Shown in pieces: positions 12,711 to 26,176 of a stretch of 64,000 nt of DNA. How positions within the stretch are numbered: position 1 is the stretch's first letter; every line of letters starts with the position of its first letter. Both the position numbers and the translations under genes were made by a program. Source of the DNA: Chiloscyllium plagiosum (Eukaryota); NCBI RefSeq assembly GCF_004010195.1, contig NC_057749.1, forward strand, positions 8,903,787-8,967,786, written 5' to 3'. The notes beneath the pieces were generated by a model. It searched no databases. It was not told where the DNA came from and saw only the letters and a program-made list of their open reading frames with translations.

Positions 12711-15700
12711 GAAAAGGTTGATCCTGTCTGCCGCTCATACATTTTGTACGTCTCAATCATTTTATACCTGTCAGTCTCCTCTGCCCTAAGGAAACAACCC
12801 CAGTATGTCCAATCTCGCTTCATGACTGAAACTCTCCAGCGCAGGCAACACCCTGGTAGGTCTCCCTCTCACATCCCAAGGATAATGTGGATTGCGAAAA
12901 CAGTGCACACACCACCCACCCCCTTCCCGTGACCACCTTCTGCCCCCAAGTGTAACAGAGCCTGAGGTGGCTCCATCGGTCTGTACAGCCACCTACACAC
13001 TCAACGCTGAGAGTGGGTGAGTGTCATCCCCGTGATGATGATAATGACAATGTGAGAGGGGAGAGGAGGAGTGGGACGAACAGAACTCCATAACCGCCTC
13101 TGAACTCAAACTTCCAGCTCGCGACAGCCACCTGGGCACCCTCCCCCCACGGGGGCGGCGTGAGCAGGGTGGAATTCCAGGCCATCCCCTCCATTCTGAA
13201 CCCCTCCTCCTGCCCGCCTGAGCATTTATAGGAAACGGCCTCATTGGGTGCCCCCTGAAAGGTGGAGGCAAGGGGCTGAAAAATTGCAGTCAGGGCAGAG
13301 GGAAGCTCATCTGGACAGACATACAGCTTCCCCCCAACACCCGTCACCCAACAAACCCGCAACAATAGAGGCAACATTCAGCTACAGTTCTAATGGAAGA
13401 TACCCCATCAGCCCCCCGAACCAGATTAGGGTTTCTACATTCACTGTGTATCGCAGGAGCCAAACTGTCCTTGCTCCTTGCAGGCGGGGTTTTGTGCTTG
13501 ACCTGCTGCTGTGACCAGTAGCAGTAGGCCGAAATCTCGCCAGTAGGCCGAAATCTCCCCAACGATCGCCTTCTGTCCTCAGCTATCAGTGGATTGATTA
13601 GGCAGCCTCAAGGGGCACTTATTGATGACGTTAACAAACAATGGAAATTCTAACCTTCACATCAAACTGTCAGACCAGCTGATTAATTGCGAGCTGAACT
13701 TGTTGCACAGTATAATAGCCCTTTCAGCTACTGCCTTGCGATGAGCATTTGGCCATTAAATAGCATAATGTAAAAATTAACAGCAAAAAAATGTCTGCGC
13801 AAAAAAGATGTGGCCTTAAATCATACAGTATAACAAATCGCATTTACATAGAGCCTTTGATATAGAAACATACAGCACAGAAACGGACCCTATGGTCCAA
13901 CCAGTCCATGCCGACCATAATCCCAAACTAAACCAGCCCCACCTGCCTGCACGTGGCCCATATCCCTCCAAACCTCTCTTATTCATGTATTATCCAAATG
14001 TCTTTTAAACGTTGTTTCTGTACCCACATCCATTAATTCCTCAGGATGTTCATTCCAGATACAAACCATCCTCTGTGTAAATATGTTGCCCCTTACGTCT
14101 TTTTAAAATCTTTCTCCTCTCGCCTTAAAAACAAACTTGACACTGAGCCGCATATGTAGTCCCCAAAGAAGCAGGTTTTTAGTATGTTGTCGGTCAGGTT
14201 GCGCTGCTCAGGAATATTTACGCAGTCTCCTGAGGTAAAGGATGGATTAACGCTATTTAAGAAGCATTGTCCCATAGCTTTATGTTACCGTGAGGCTGCA
14301 GAACATGCGTATGACATTGCATCACTTCCTGTGATGGTGTATACTGTGTCATATTTGCATATCATACAATCAGACCTAAGGCATATCCTAGGGAACATCT
14401 TAAAGAAGGACTATGAGATGAAATGGCTCAGAGGTTTGGTGGTGGGGGGGGGTGAGGGGTGTGTGGTGGTAGGCATGTGAGTGACTTCATCATCATTTGT
14501 TCATGAGATGTGATGTCACTGGCTAGACTACCATTCATGGCCCAGAGAGGGGTTAACTGTCACTAATATTCACAGGTAGAGTCACAGATTCCCTTCTCTA
14601 AAGGACACTATTGAACCAGATGGGCGTTGGTTGGCCTCAGTTGGTTGGATGGTGTTGCAAAGTGATGTTTAGTAGAGTGGGTTCAATTCCCACACTGGCT
14701 GGAGTTACGTCTCCTTCTCAACCTCCCCCTCACCTGAGGCATGGTGACCCTCGGATTAAGCCACCACCAGTTGTCTCTCTCTCTAATGAGGGAGCAGATC
14801 TAGTAAGACTTTGGTGGCTTCACCTTTTTTGTTAGTGAACCAGATGGATTTTTGTTTGCAACAGTTGATGTTGGTTACATGGTTGCCCCGAGACTAGCTT
14901 TCCATCCCAGATTTTTATTGAATTCAAGTGTCCGCGTTTGCCATGTCTGGGATTCGAACCCACATCCTCAGAAGATTAGCCTGAGTTCTGGGTGACTAGT
15001 CCAGTAGCGTGACCGCTACGCTAGCACCTCCCCCTGGCTGAATTCCAGAGTTGAGGGTATGGTCACCAATGCTGCCTCAGGATGCTCAGAGGCCTGACTG
15101 GAGGGAAAGGAAGATCCCAGAAGGTTGTGGCGATGCAGTAAGTTACAGAAAGAGGGAAAGGGTCAAGACCCTGGAAGGAATTGAAAAGAAGAATGCAAAA
15201 GTTGAGGCATTGCTTAAATGCAAATAAGGCACGGGGCACACGAGGATGGCGAACAGGACATGGTATGAGTTCAATAGGAAGGAACATAGGAGCAGGCATA
15301 GGCCACTCAGCCCTTCAAGCCTGCTGTGCTGTTCTAAATCATGGCTGATCATTACCATCATGTTACCACACTATCCCCATCTCCCTCGATGACATTTTTG
15401 TCACTGCCCCATTAGAGGCTGTGCCCTCCTGCTGCCAGTCACCTCCTTGACTCTCTACCCCTTTGACATTTACCTATCCTGATGTGTCAGAAAGTGTTGG
15501 AGAAACTCAGCAGGTCTGCGGAGAGAAAGAAGAACAGGGCTTCGGTTGGACGAAGAGCCAGGCTGGACTCGAAACATTAACTCTTGTTTCTCTCCCCACA
15601 GATGCTGCCAGAACTACTGAGTTTCACCAGCAATTTCTGTTTGTGTTTCCAATTTCCAGGGTCTGCAGTATTTTGCCTCTTCATGCGGTTTGGAGTCAAA

Positions 15701-15715
15701 TTGCGTCGTTGACCA

Positions 15716-17185
15716 AAAACAGAAATTGCTGGAAAAGCTCAGCAGGTCTGGCAGCAGCTGGTGGAGAGAAATCAGAGTTAGCGTTCCAGGACGAGTGACC
15801 CTTCCTCAGGACAGACTCTGACGTGACACCACCCACACCCTGCACCTTCTCCATGACTTTCGTTTGCCCGCGCCCCCATAACACTTCACCTTCACCATGG
15901 ACATCCAGTTCCTGCGCACATCCATCGCCATGGCAAAGGCCTCCAAGCTCTCGGTTTATTCCTCTCTCGCCGACCAAACCTGTACCCTTCCACCGACACA
16001 CTCATGCAATTGGCAGAACTGGTCCTCACCCTCAACAATTTCTCCTTCACATCCTCCCACTTCCTTCAGACCAAAGGAGTAGCAATGGGCACCCGCATGG
16101 CCCCCAGCTATGCCTGTCTCTTTGTCGGGTACGTGGAATAGTCCACCTTCCACAGCTTCACCTGCACCATTCCCCACCTTTTCCTCTGCTACATTAATGA
16201 CTGTATTGGTGCCACGTCGTGCTCTCACAAGGAGGTTGAACAGTTCATTGACTTCACGAACACCTTCCATCCTGACCTCAAGTTCACCTGGACCACCTTG
16301 GGTACCTCCCTCCCCTTCCTGGACTTCTCCATCTCCATCTCTGAGACCAACTTCACTCAGATATTTCCCCTCCCATGTGATCAACAATGCCTCGAGTGCA
16401 CTTCCTCCACTTTTGCACCCCACCCCTCCAACCGCAACAAGGACAGAACCCCCCAGCCCACCCCCCAGTCCTCATCTTCCACCCCGTCATTCTCTCTTTA
16501 CAGCACATCATCCTCTGCCACATCTGCCACCTTCAGTCAGACCCCACCACCAGAGATATATTTCCCTATCTGCATTCTGCAGAGATCATTCCCTCCCCGA
16601 CTCCCTTGTTAGGTACATGCCAACAACCCCCCCCCCTCCCCCACAGACNNNNNNNNNNNNNNNNNNNNNNNNNNNNNNNNNNNNNNNNNNNNNNNNNNNN
16701 NNNNNNNNNNNNNNNNNNNNNNNNNNNNNNNNNNNNNNNNNNNNNNNNNNNNNNNNNNNNNNNNNNNNNNNNNNNNNNNNNNNNNNNNNNNNNNNNNNNN
16801 NNNNNNNNNNNNNNNNNNNNNNNNNNNNNNNNNNNNNNNNNNNNNNNNNNNNNNNNNNNNNNNNNNNNNNNNNNNNNNNNNNNNNNNNNNNNNNNNNNNN
16901 NNNNNNNNNNNNNNNNNNNNNNNNNNNNNNNNNNNNNNNNNNNNNNNNNNNNNNNNNNNNNNNNNNNNNNNNNNNNNNNNNNNNNNNNNNNNNNNNNNNN
17001 TTAACCCAACCCCACCCCCATCTATTTATCTTTCAGCCCCCTTCCCCCTCCATATATTCGATGAAGGGCTTATGCCTGAAATATCAATTCTCCTTCTCCT
17101 TGGATGCTGCCTGACCTGCTGTGCTTTTCCAGCACCACACATTTCAACTCTGACTCTCCAGCATCTGTAGTCCTTACTGTCTTTC
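15716..17185 (+). mobile_element. Decayed Penelope-like element: inverted pLTR, RT remnant, gap, pLTR
   Basis: About 15990-16345 reads LAELVLTLNNFSF...QTKGVAMGTRMAPSYACLF...YINDC...HPDLKFT...LPFLD (PLE RT motifs GxAMG, YIDD-like, FLD) with an in-frame TAG; pLTR-type sequence follows the gap at about 17055-17185. Confidence 0.85.
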
Positions 17186-17204
17186 AGAACAGACTTGACT
17201 ACTA

Positions 17205-17868
17205 GATGTAAGTTTGCTCACTGAGCTAGAAGGTTTATTTTCAGACGTTTCGTCACCATACTAAGTAATGTCATCAGTGAGCCTCTGGTGAAGCATTGAT
17301 AGTATGGCCCACTTTTTATTTGTGTGCTTAGGTTTCCTTGGGTTGGTGATGTCATTTCCTGTGGTAATGATTTCCTGTTCTTTTTCTCAGGGGGTGGTAA
17401 ATTGGATCCAGTCAATGTGTTTGTTGATAGAGTTCCAGTTGGAATGCCATGTTTCTAGGATTTCTCCCATGTGTCTCCTTTTGGCTTGTCCTAGGATGGA
17501 TGTGTTGTCCCAGTTGAACTGTTGACACCACTTTGACTGGGACAATTCATCCATCCGAGGACAAGCCAAATAGAGACATGTGCGAGAATTCCTAGAAGCA
17601 TGGCACTCCAACCGGACCTCTATCAACAAACACATTGACTTGGACCCTGTTTACCACCCCCTGAGAAAAAGAACAGGAAATGATATCACCAACACAAAGA
17701 AACCTAAATGCATAAATAGAAAGTAGGCCATACCACCAGTGCTTCACCGGAGGCTCACTGAAGATGTTACCCATTATGGTGACGAAACATCTGAAAATGA
17801 ACCTTGCAGCTCAGCGAGCAAATTTACATCCAGAACCTCAACCTGAGCTACAAATCTTCTCAAAACTC
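17205..17868. mobile_element. Foldback Penelope-like element (two inverted 3' ends)
   Basis: Arms about 17205-17518 and 17532-17830 are reverse complements; each encodes FDWDN.SI.GQAK..H.REFLEAWHS...SINKHIDLDP, a PLE endonuclease tail. A further fragment lies at about 63728-63845. Confidence 0.8.
17755..17794 (+). ncRNA. Decayed hammerhead motif, fourth PLE family (inverted twin at 17241-17280)
   Basis: TCA-CTGAAGA-T-GTTACC-cattat-GGTGAC-GAAA-CATC-TGA; the minus copy retains GAAACGTC. Confidence 0.6.
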
Positions 17869-17889
17869 AATAAGACTTTGATTACTTTA

Positions 17890-18440
17890 CTGTGTTAAGG
17901 ATGCTTGGTGAGACCACTTTTGGAAAACTGCATTCAATTCTGGTCTCCTCGCTATAGGAAGGATTTTGTAAAACTTGAAGGGTTCGGAATAGATTTGCAG
18001 GGATGTTGCCAAGGTTGGAGGGTTTGAGCTACAGGGAGAGGCTGAATAGGCTGGGGCTGTTTTCCCTGGAGTGTCAGAGGCTGAGGGGAGACCTTCTTGA
18101 GGTTCATAAAATCACGAGGAGCATGAATAGGATAAATAGACAAGGTTGTTTCCCTGGGGTGGGTGAGTCCAAAACTAGAGGGCAGAGGCTTAGGGTGAGA
18201 GGGGAAAGATATAAAAGGGACCTGAGGGGCAACCTTTTTCATGCAGAGGATGATAAGGGTATGAGCTGCCAAAGGAAGTGGTGGAGGCTGGTACAATTAC
18301 AGCATTTAAAAGGCATCTGGATGGGTATGTGAATAGGAAGAGTCTGGAGGGATAGGAGCCAAATGCTGACAAATGGGGCCAAATTTATTTAGGGTTCGCA
18401 TGGATAAGTTGGACTGAAGGGTCTGTTTCCATGCTGTAAA
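17890..18440 (+). mobile_element. CR1 3' fragment
   Basis: MLPRLEGLSYRERLNRLGLFSLE..RLRGDL. Confidence 0.85.
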
Positions 18441-19737
18441 GCTGTCTGATTGGAAGGACATTAGCTGTAGATGTTGAATAGCTCAAAAGAAATGGACACA
18501 TTGGACTTGAAAAGAGAGGGAAACCAGACAACCAGGCACAAACAGAAGGTCACTGTTTGCATGGTATGCCCTTCAAGACAAAAAGATTTCATCTCTGTCG
18601 ATGTTTTACAGAGGCTGAACTCGAGCAAGGACTACAGAAGGACCTCGAGGGCAAAATGTTCAAATAGATTTAGTGCGAAAGTTTATTTTCTCTCTCTTGC
18701 TCGGTCTCTCTTGAAAAAGGGGTATAGGAACCCAGTGAAAGGAGCACTGTCTGTCCCTGATATTTGTGGCTGATGAATGGGGGCCCTGCGTTCAGTGGTG
18801 TTACCAAATGTTAAACAGGGCCATCTGAGTTTGATTTAGTCCTTTGAAGGGGTGTTGGTCAGGGGTGGGTGGGGGTGCGGTGGGGTGGTGGTGGCATTAT
18901 TACTGAGTACCTGTATTAGATTACACAGCCCCAAGTCCCCTCCTCTGGGCTACAAGAAGCCTATGGAAATTGGTGCCAGTGCGGAAGGCTTTGATTTCTT
19001 ATCAGATGAAGGGGAAGGAGAGATGGGGGGGGGGGGGGGGGAATTGGAGAGAGGGAGTCCTTCGCAATGTGGCGCGCCGGATAAATTATTCCCAACCGTT
19101 CCAAGAGAAAAGGAAAGGGAGCGGAAGGGGATTGGTCAGTGCCTTCAGTTTTGGGAGGCGCTACCTCAGAACCCAAGCTGGGTTGGCTGAAAGGTCCACA
19201 ACCTTTCCCCTCTGGAATTCTGCCTTTTGACCCAGGGCATCATTAATCACGATGTGTCAAATGACAATCATTCATCATGCAAGTGACAGGATGTGGAAAC
19301 AGCAACCCAAAAGCTCAAATCACCAGAGTGTTAACAGAGGCCACGCTCAGATTTTCACGGCTGCTGGGCAGATTACTCTGCTGCCTACTTTCAAAATAAA
19401 AGGCGCATTATTGAATTCTCCCCCTTCCGTCTGGCTTTTGAAACCTCCTCAGTTTTTGTTTCCAGAATCTTTAGTTCAGTTTGCACCTTTTCCTAATTCC
19501 CTCCCACCTCGGTAAGGATTTATCCTGCGGCTGCCCAGTTTGGCAACTGTCAGTGGGCGTTTAGTATCTCCCTCACTCAATTGTTCACCCGATCTGAGTT
19601 GAACTTCGACGGTCTCCTGCCTTTCTCTCTTTTAAGATGCTCCCTCAAATCAATGTGGACTAAGTCAGCTCTTTCATAAGAGCTCAGACTCAGTTTTGTC
19701 CTGATCTTTTTTTTAATCTGCTTGGAGGATATGGCCG

Positions 19738-20246
19738 TCATAGAACATAGAAGAATACAGCGCAGTACAGGCCCTTCGGCCCTCAATGTTGCGCCGATCC
19801 AAGCCCACCTAACCTACACTAGCCCACTATCCTCCATATGCCTATCCAATGCCCGCTTAAATGCCCATAATGAGGGAGAGTCCACCACTGCTACTGCAGG
19901 GCATTCCATGAACTCACGACTCACTGAGTAAAGAACCTACCCCTAACATCTGCCCTATACCTACCCCCCCTTAATTTAAAGCTATGCCCCCTCGTAATAG
20001 CTGACTCCATACGTGGGAAAAGATTCTCACTGTCGACCCTATCTAAACTCCTAATCATCTTATACACCTCTATCAAGTCACCCCTAAACTTTCTTTTCTC
20101 CAATGAAAACAACCCCAAGTGCCTCAGCCTTTCCTGATACGATCTTTCTACCATACCAGGCAACATCCTGGTAAACCTCCTCTGCACCCGTTCCAGTGCC
20201 TCCACATCCTTCCTATAGTATGGCGACCAAAACTGCACACAATACT
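19738..20246 (-). mobile_element. CR1 3' fragment
   Basis: YCVQFWSPYYRKDVEALERVQRRFTRMLPG...TRGHSFKLRG. Confidence 0.9.
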
Positions 20247-20272
20247 GGCTAGCTAGCAGATCATTGCTATCC

Positions 20273-20311
20273 AGTTCTGAAGAAGAATCAGCTAGACTCG
20301 AAACGTTAACT
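20273..20311 (+). ncRNA. Hammerhead motif, second PLE-derived family
   Basis: AGTT-CTGAAGA-A-GAATC-agcta-GACTC-GAAA-CGTT-AACT; 4-bp stem I, one stem II mismatch, GUU triplet. Confidence 0.6.
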
Positions 20312-23074
20312 TGTTCTGTCTTCACTGTGATCTCCAGGACTTTTTGTTTCTATTACAGATTCAGTCATCTGCAGTAGTTTGCTCCTTATTTATTGCCCAT
20401 CCCTAGTTGTCCAGAGGAGGTTTAACCAAGGATGGCAGTATTTATGTGGAGAGAGAAAAACACCGAGTTAACATTTCAACCCTGATGTGTCTCTTCTTCA
20501 TAGTTTTGCAATCGTCAACGTTAACTCTGTTCCTGTCTCCAGAGCTGTGTCCAGATACTCCATTCCTCATAGACACAACCAGACCTGCTGAGTGTCTCCA
20601 GCAATTTCTGTCTTTATGCCTGATTTCCAGCGTCCGTAACATTTGACTTTTATAAAAGCGAGCCACGTTGCTATGGGTCTGGAGTCACCTGTAGGCCAGA
20701 CTGGGTAAGGACGGCAGTTTCCTTCCCTAAAGGACATTGGGGAACCAGATGGGTTTTTGCAACAGTTGCAATTAAGCTACCACTTCATTTAATTCCAGAC
20801 TTTTTGTTTTAAAAGTTGAATTTAAATTGCACCATCTGCCCAGGTGAGATTTGAGCCCAGGTCCCTTGAATGTTATTGGGTGTGGGGGGGGAGGGATTCA
20901 GAATTTCGTGCCGAACAGTATATGGGCAGCTATTGCAATGCAGTGAGGTTACACTGAAACCTAAATGGTTGTCCGTGGTAGCTGGAACCAGTGATGTGAT
21001 TGGCTCCAATGGTGAGTTTGCACCTGTGCAGCTGATGTCACTGTATTCTGTGCGTGATGATGTCAGCACCAGTACATGGGCAGGCTGCCCAGCTTTAGAG
21101 AATCAGTCCTTGAAAGAGCCCACCCCACCCTTTCCTGTCCCAGTGGTTTTCTCTCATGTTTTCCCCCAGTGTTTCCGGGAGTGGGGAACTCGGTCGCCTG
21201 TACCAGGCGCCCACCCCACTCTGCCCCGTCTCCCCTGCAGCAACATTGTGCTGCTCCCAGTCATGTTAGTGTGCACACTGTGATCCAATAGAATTCCTAC
21301 AGTACGGAAACAAGTCATTTGGCCTAAGTCCACACCGAGCCTCTGCAGACTATCCCACCCAGACCCGTACCCTAGTACTCTACATTTCCCCCTGACTAAT
21401 GCACCTAACCTACACATCCCTGAACATTATGGGTAATTTAGTATGGCCAATCCACCTAACTACACATCTTTGGACTGTGGGACAAAACTGGAGCACCCAA
21501 AGAAAACCCATGCAGACGCGGGGAGAATGTGCTAACTCCACACAGAGATAGTCACCTGAGGCTGGAATCGAACCTGGGTCCCTGCGCTGTGAGGCAGCAG
21601 TGCTAACCATCGAGCCTCAGCATCACCCCTCCTCTTTCAAGCGATCCGACAACCATGTTAAACAATCCCTGATTTGGAAACTGAAATAAAAACAGAATCT
21701 AGGTAACTGACAAAAGGTCAATGAAAACTGAGTAAATCAAGATAATATTGATGCGTCTCAGTCCCTGCAGTGCTAAAAATCTCTCCGTTCCAAGCCCCAG
21801 TGTGTCCTGCTAATTTTGTTTTCTTATTAGCATATCCTATTCAATGCGCTATGCAGCAAGCTCTGGAGAAACTCAACAGGTCTAAGCAGCATCCGTGCAG
21901 TGAGAAAGTTAATGTTTTGAGTCCAGTTTGACTCTACTTCAGTTCTGAAGAGGAGCCATGCAACACTAACCCTGTTTTTCTCTCCACAGATGCTGTCACA
22001 GACTTGCTGAGTTTCTCTACCGCTCTTTTTTGTGTTTGTTTCAAATATCTGACACACACACACACACAATATCTTGCTTTGGTTCATCTCTGGATCACAG
22101 GCAGCTGAATAAGTCGTATTAGCCCTGTGAATCCTGGTCTTTCCTTTTATTGGGGGTGCCCCTTTACCGGTGTTTACGATGCCCGGTGCAGCATGGGCGA
22201 CAGTTGTCCATGGTAATGGGTTCCTGAGCTTAGCCAAGGATGTTCACTTAAGAAGGCTTCATTCAGTAAGACTGCGGTAGGTCGCTACAGAGTTCTCAAT
22301 CACTTCCTGCCCCCTCGCATGTGGCAGCACAGATGTTTATCAGCTGTGCAAGGCTGAGGGATTTGTCCCTGTTTCAATGTTTGCAACAGCTTTGTCTGAC
22401 AGGCCTATTACTTTCCATTCAACCTCTGTAAATTCAATCAACATTCCCAAAGTGACAAAGCGGCCTGGCTAATATAAACCATTTGAAGTTTATTTCAACG
22501 TCGGAGCTAATTAAATTTCCTCCTTTCTCACTGCTAATCTGTTAACAAATTTCCTTACACACCGCTGCATTGATTTCCGCACACCTTCTTAAATTCACAC
22601 CGACTCACGCGATGTTTGATTTTTGGGTGCGTCATTCCAGACGGTTCCCCTTCACAGGCGATGGGAATGAGGGTGGCATTTTGTGGCTTTTGGGTGTGGT
22701 GTTGGCCAGTGCACAGCATGATCCCATCACCCTTTAGATTAGATTCCCTACAGTGTGGAAACAGGCCCTTCGGCCCAACAAGTCCACACCGACCCTCTGA
22801 AGAGTAATCCACCCAGACCCATTTCCCTCTGACCATTGCACCTCACACTATGGACAATTTAGCATGGCCAATTCACCAGCACATTTTGGACTGTGGGAGG
22901 AAACTGGAGCACCCGGATGCACTTTACAACAGACCTCCCCTGACTTGGGGCAACCAGATAGGTTTTCTGGGGTCATGTGGCCTTTGATTCTTGCCATCTT
23001 TGACGAGTGGAATTGCCCACAGTGAGGAGCGCAAGCAGATAACCTCTCTTCACAAAGTCATATAGCACAGCTAA

Positions 23075-23550
23075 CTGCATACAGTTCTGGTCACCCTGCT
23101 ATAGGAAGGATGTTATTAAATTGGAGAGGGTGCAAAAAAGATTTACAGCTATGTTACTGAGACTGGACGGAGTTATGGGGATAGGCTGGGACATTTTTCC
23201 CTGAAACTTTGGAGGTAACCTTGCAGGTAACCTCTTACGCTCATGAGGGACATCGATAAGGTGAATAGCAAAGGTCTTTTTTCCCAGGGTAGGGGTGTCC
23301 AGATCTAGACATAATAGGTTTAAGGTGAGAGGGATTGAAAAGGGACCTGAGGGGCATCTTCTTCATGCAGAGGATGGTGTGCATGTGACAAGGAAGTGGT
23401 AGAGGTGGGAACAATTACACCGTTTAAAAGACATTTGGACGTATGCATGAATAGGAAAGGTTTAGAGGGATATGGGCCATCTGCAAGCAAATGGGACTAG
23501 TTCAGTTGAGGAACTGGATAGGGCTGGACTGAAGGGTCTGTTTGCGTGTT
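23075..23550 (+). mobile_element. Decayed CR1 3' fragment
   Basis: Homology to the other CR1 tails in the window. Confidence 0.75.
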
Positions 23551-25768
23551 GTCTGACTGGAAGCCGATATAGGCGAGTGAGTAGGTGGGTAGACTGGTGC
23601 GGATACAAGTTAGGGGGTAGGCTGCAGTGGATCCCACATGATACCTCGCATGATTCAGTCTGCTCCATCAATGCGCTGAAGCATCCCAGTTAAACTAGAG
23701 CAAAAGGACAAGGGTGGAGAAGCTGAAGGCTACCTTCCCTCTCAAGCGCTTTTTAAACTTAGAACAAGGGAATCTGGTCAAATCGTATTCCGCTGACAAT
23801 CAGGATTGAGGAGGGTTATAAGCTGTGAGACCATGGCAGCTCAGTGCCACATCTCTGAAATCAATTAGGAAAATGATCATTACAGTCATATTAGCAGCAC
23901 TTTGTGATTAAATGTGAAGTCCTGACGTATGGAGTGTCTATAAATCAGGTTATTCAGTACATGTGGGAGCACTACTTTAAGTTGCAGTGTTAAACTCAGT
24001 GTGATCCCAGGTCACTCTGTATTGATTGGACCATCATTGTGAGGCCGGTTAATATGATGTGACTCAGTTTCTTGTCTCTTTACATTTTATGCCCTCTCTT
24101 CTGTCACTTTCCACATAGTGATGTCTCAGAACCACAGAACCAATTTCACGTGTTGCAGCCCTTACCCTGTTCACGTGTTCAGGCACTGGGGTGTCCGTTC
24201 TTTGAGGTCTCACAGATATCAGGACAACAAGCGATAGGGTTAGGGCCAACCCGTCCAGGTCCTATCCAAATTATCCCCTGGGCCAGCAACAAGCACCTGC
24301 ATTGATGCAGCGCCATGTGGTCCCAAGGGGTGATTATCGAACCAAACTTAATACTGAGCCAAGTATTAGGACACACGTGACTGAAAGCTTGATCGAGGAG
24401 CTAGGCTGCACGGAACTGGAATGAAAGGGAGGTTTTAGAGAGGGATTTGCAAAGTTTGCAGATGGAAGCGAAGCCGTCAGTGAGGAGAACGATTACAAAT
24501 CGCTGGTGAAGGTGGGCTCAAGAGGCCAAAGACAGAGGAAGGTCATGGGACTGGAGGAGTTTAGAGAAATAGGGGAGGGTGGGATGTTTGCTCACACCGG
24601 CGAGGGTGTTAAAAAACAAGGCCAGTGGGGCAGAGTCTGACCTAGGGTATGGCGACAGTAATCTGGATAGATTTATTGGAGATTCGGGGGGGGGCTCTTG
24701 CAACTGTAGTATCACAACCTCTGAGCTAGGAGACCTGGGTTCAAGCCCCACCTGTTCCAGAGATGTGTAATTATCTCTCTGAACAGGTTGATTAGAGAAT
24801 ATCTAAAATGCTAATCCGAGAAAGGACTCTTGTGGTGCATGCCTCTGAGCTAGCAGACTATATTGAAAGTCCCGAATGGGTTCTTTAGGTCTGATCAAAA
24901 TGATTACAAGAGTAAGCGTGAGCTTTGATGTGAAACAAATTTATTAGCTTAAACTACTTAATATGTATATCAAAGACTTATACAAATGAGTGAATATGGG
25001 CTTAAACTACACAATATGCTGACAGAGTGTAGGCCCGACAAGGAAGGTTGTCTCAGCACATTTATTGGCAACGAATGAATAAACGAATGAATAATAACAA
25101 TGGGTTTCTGTCCATCGGGGACCCTGCTTTGCAATGGCTGGTCTGGAGGACTCCGGATTGAGGTGAAGTCAATGAGATGGGCAATTTCCCTGATATTAGT
25201 GCTGTTCTCAATCTAAGACCACGTGCTGTATCACCATTCCACTGGGGGCGGCACGGTGGCTCAGTGGTTAGCACTGCTGCCTCACAGCACCAGGGTCCCA
25301 TGTTCGATTCCAGCCTCGGGCAACTGTTTGTGTGGAGTTTGCACATTCTCCTCGTGTCTGCGTGGGTTTCCTCAGGTCAGGTGGTTGGCCATGCTAAATT
25401 GCCCACAGTGTTAGGTGCATTAGTCAGGGGTAAATGTAGGGGAATGGGGCTGGGTGTCGGTGTAGACTTGTTGGGCCGAAGGGCCTGTTTCCACACTGTA
25501 GGGAATCTAATCTACTTTCAGTACTTCCGTAGACGGGAAAACAGCTCCAGGAGGCTCCGAGTGAGGATCAAATAGGACAATTCTCACGGACAGTTTAGAG
25601 TCACTTGGTCACCTCTCTGTCAAGACATGCTGGGTTTCCATTTGGCCTGTTTTCCACGTACTTTCCTATTTTATTTCAATTGCTAGTTGTAATATCCGAT
25701 TTACCCCTAACGCTCTGGGTTGAAGGTATCATTTTTAATTCTACCACAAGCAAACCTTGACTATTTGA

Positions 25769-26001
25769 CTGTAAAGGCATCACATCGAAGCTTGTGCATA
25801 CACATATAACTTACTGTGTCTCCAATGTCTGGGCACCATCTTGAAAAACCCCCCAAGACTCCTCATTCTCTGCAGCCCAGAAGCGTCCACACCCTCATGG
25901 TTTTGTCATCTCTCTTGGCCTCGCCACATCCACTCGCAATCCCCAGCCCGTTATAGTAAGTTATATGTGTATGCACATGCTTCGATGTGATGCCTTTACA
26001 G
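25769..26001. repeat. 47-bp inverted repeat (25769-25815 / 25955-26001), 1 mismatch
   Basis: CTGTAAAGGCATCACATCGAAGC(T/A)TGTGCATACACATATAACTTACT and its reverse complement. Confidence 0.88.
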
Positions 26002-26176
26002 GTCCATCCATAAAAACAGACCTCAGCGATCTGTAGAGCTATCCTGAGCCACGCCTTTAGAGAAGAGAGTAGGGTAACTATAAAAATAATCACTAAGGTG
26101 ACTCATCTCCCTTTCTAGTTTGTATATTTTCTCCTTCCCCCACCTCACAGTGGGAAGGTTCCTCTTCTTCAAACTG

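Noticed and set aside
13522..13558. Duplicated CAGTAGGCCGAAATCTC
   Set aside because: Simple two-copy 21-bp slippage duplication with no further support.
18600..18670. Possible exon after tgttttacag (EAELEQGLQKDLEGK)
   Set aside because: No ARID3 similarity, early stop, no convincing donor.
25245..25320. tRNA gene
   Set aside because: A and B boxes continue into the SINE body; many dispersed decayed copies.
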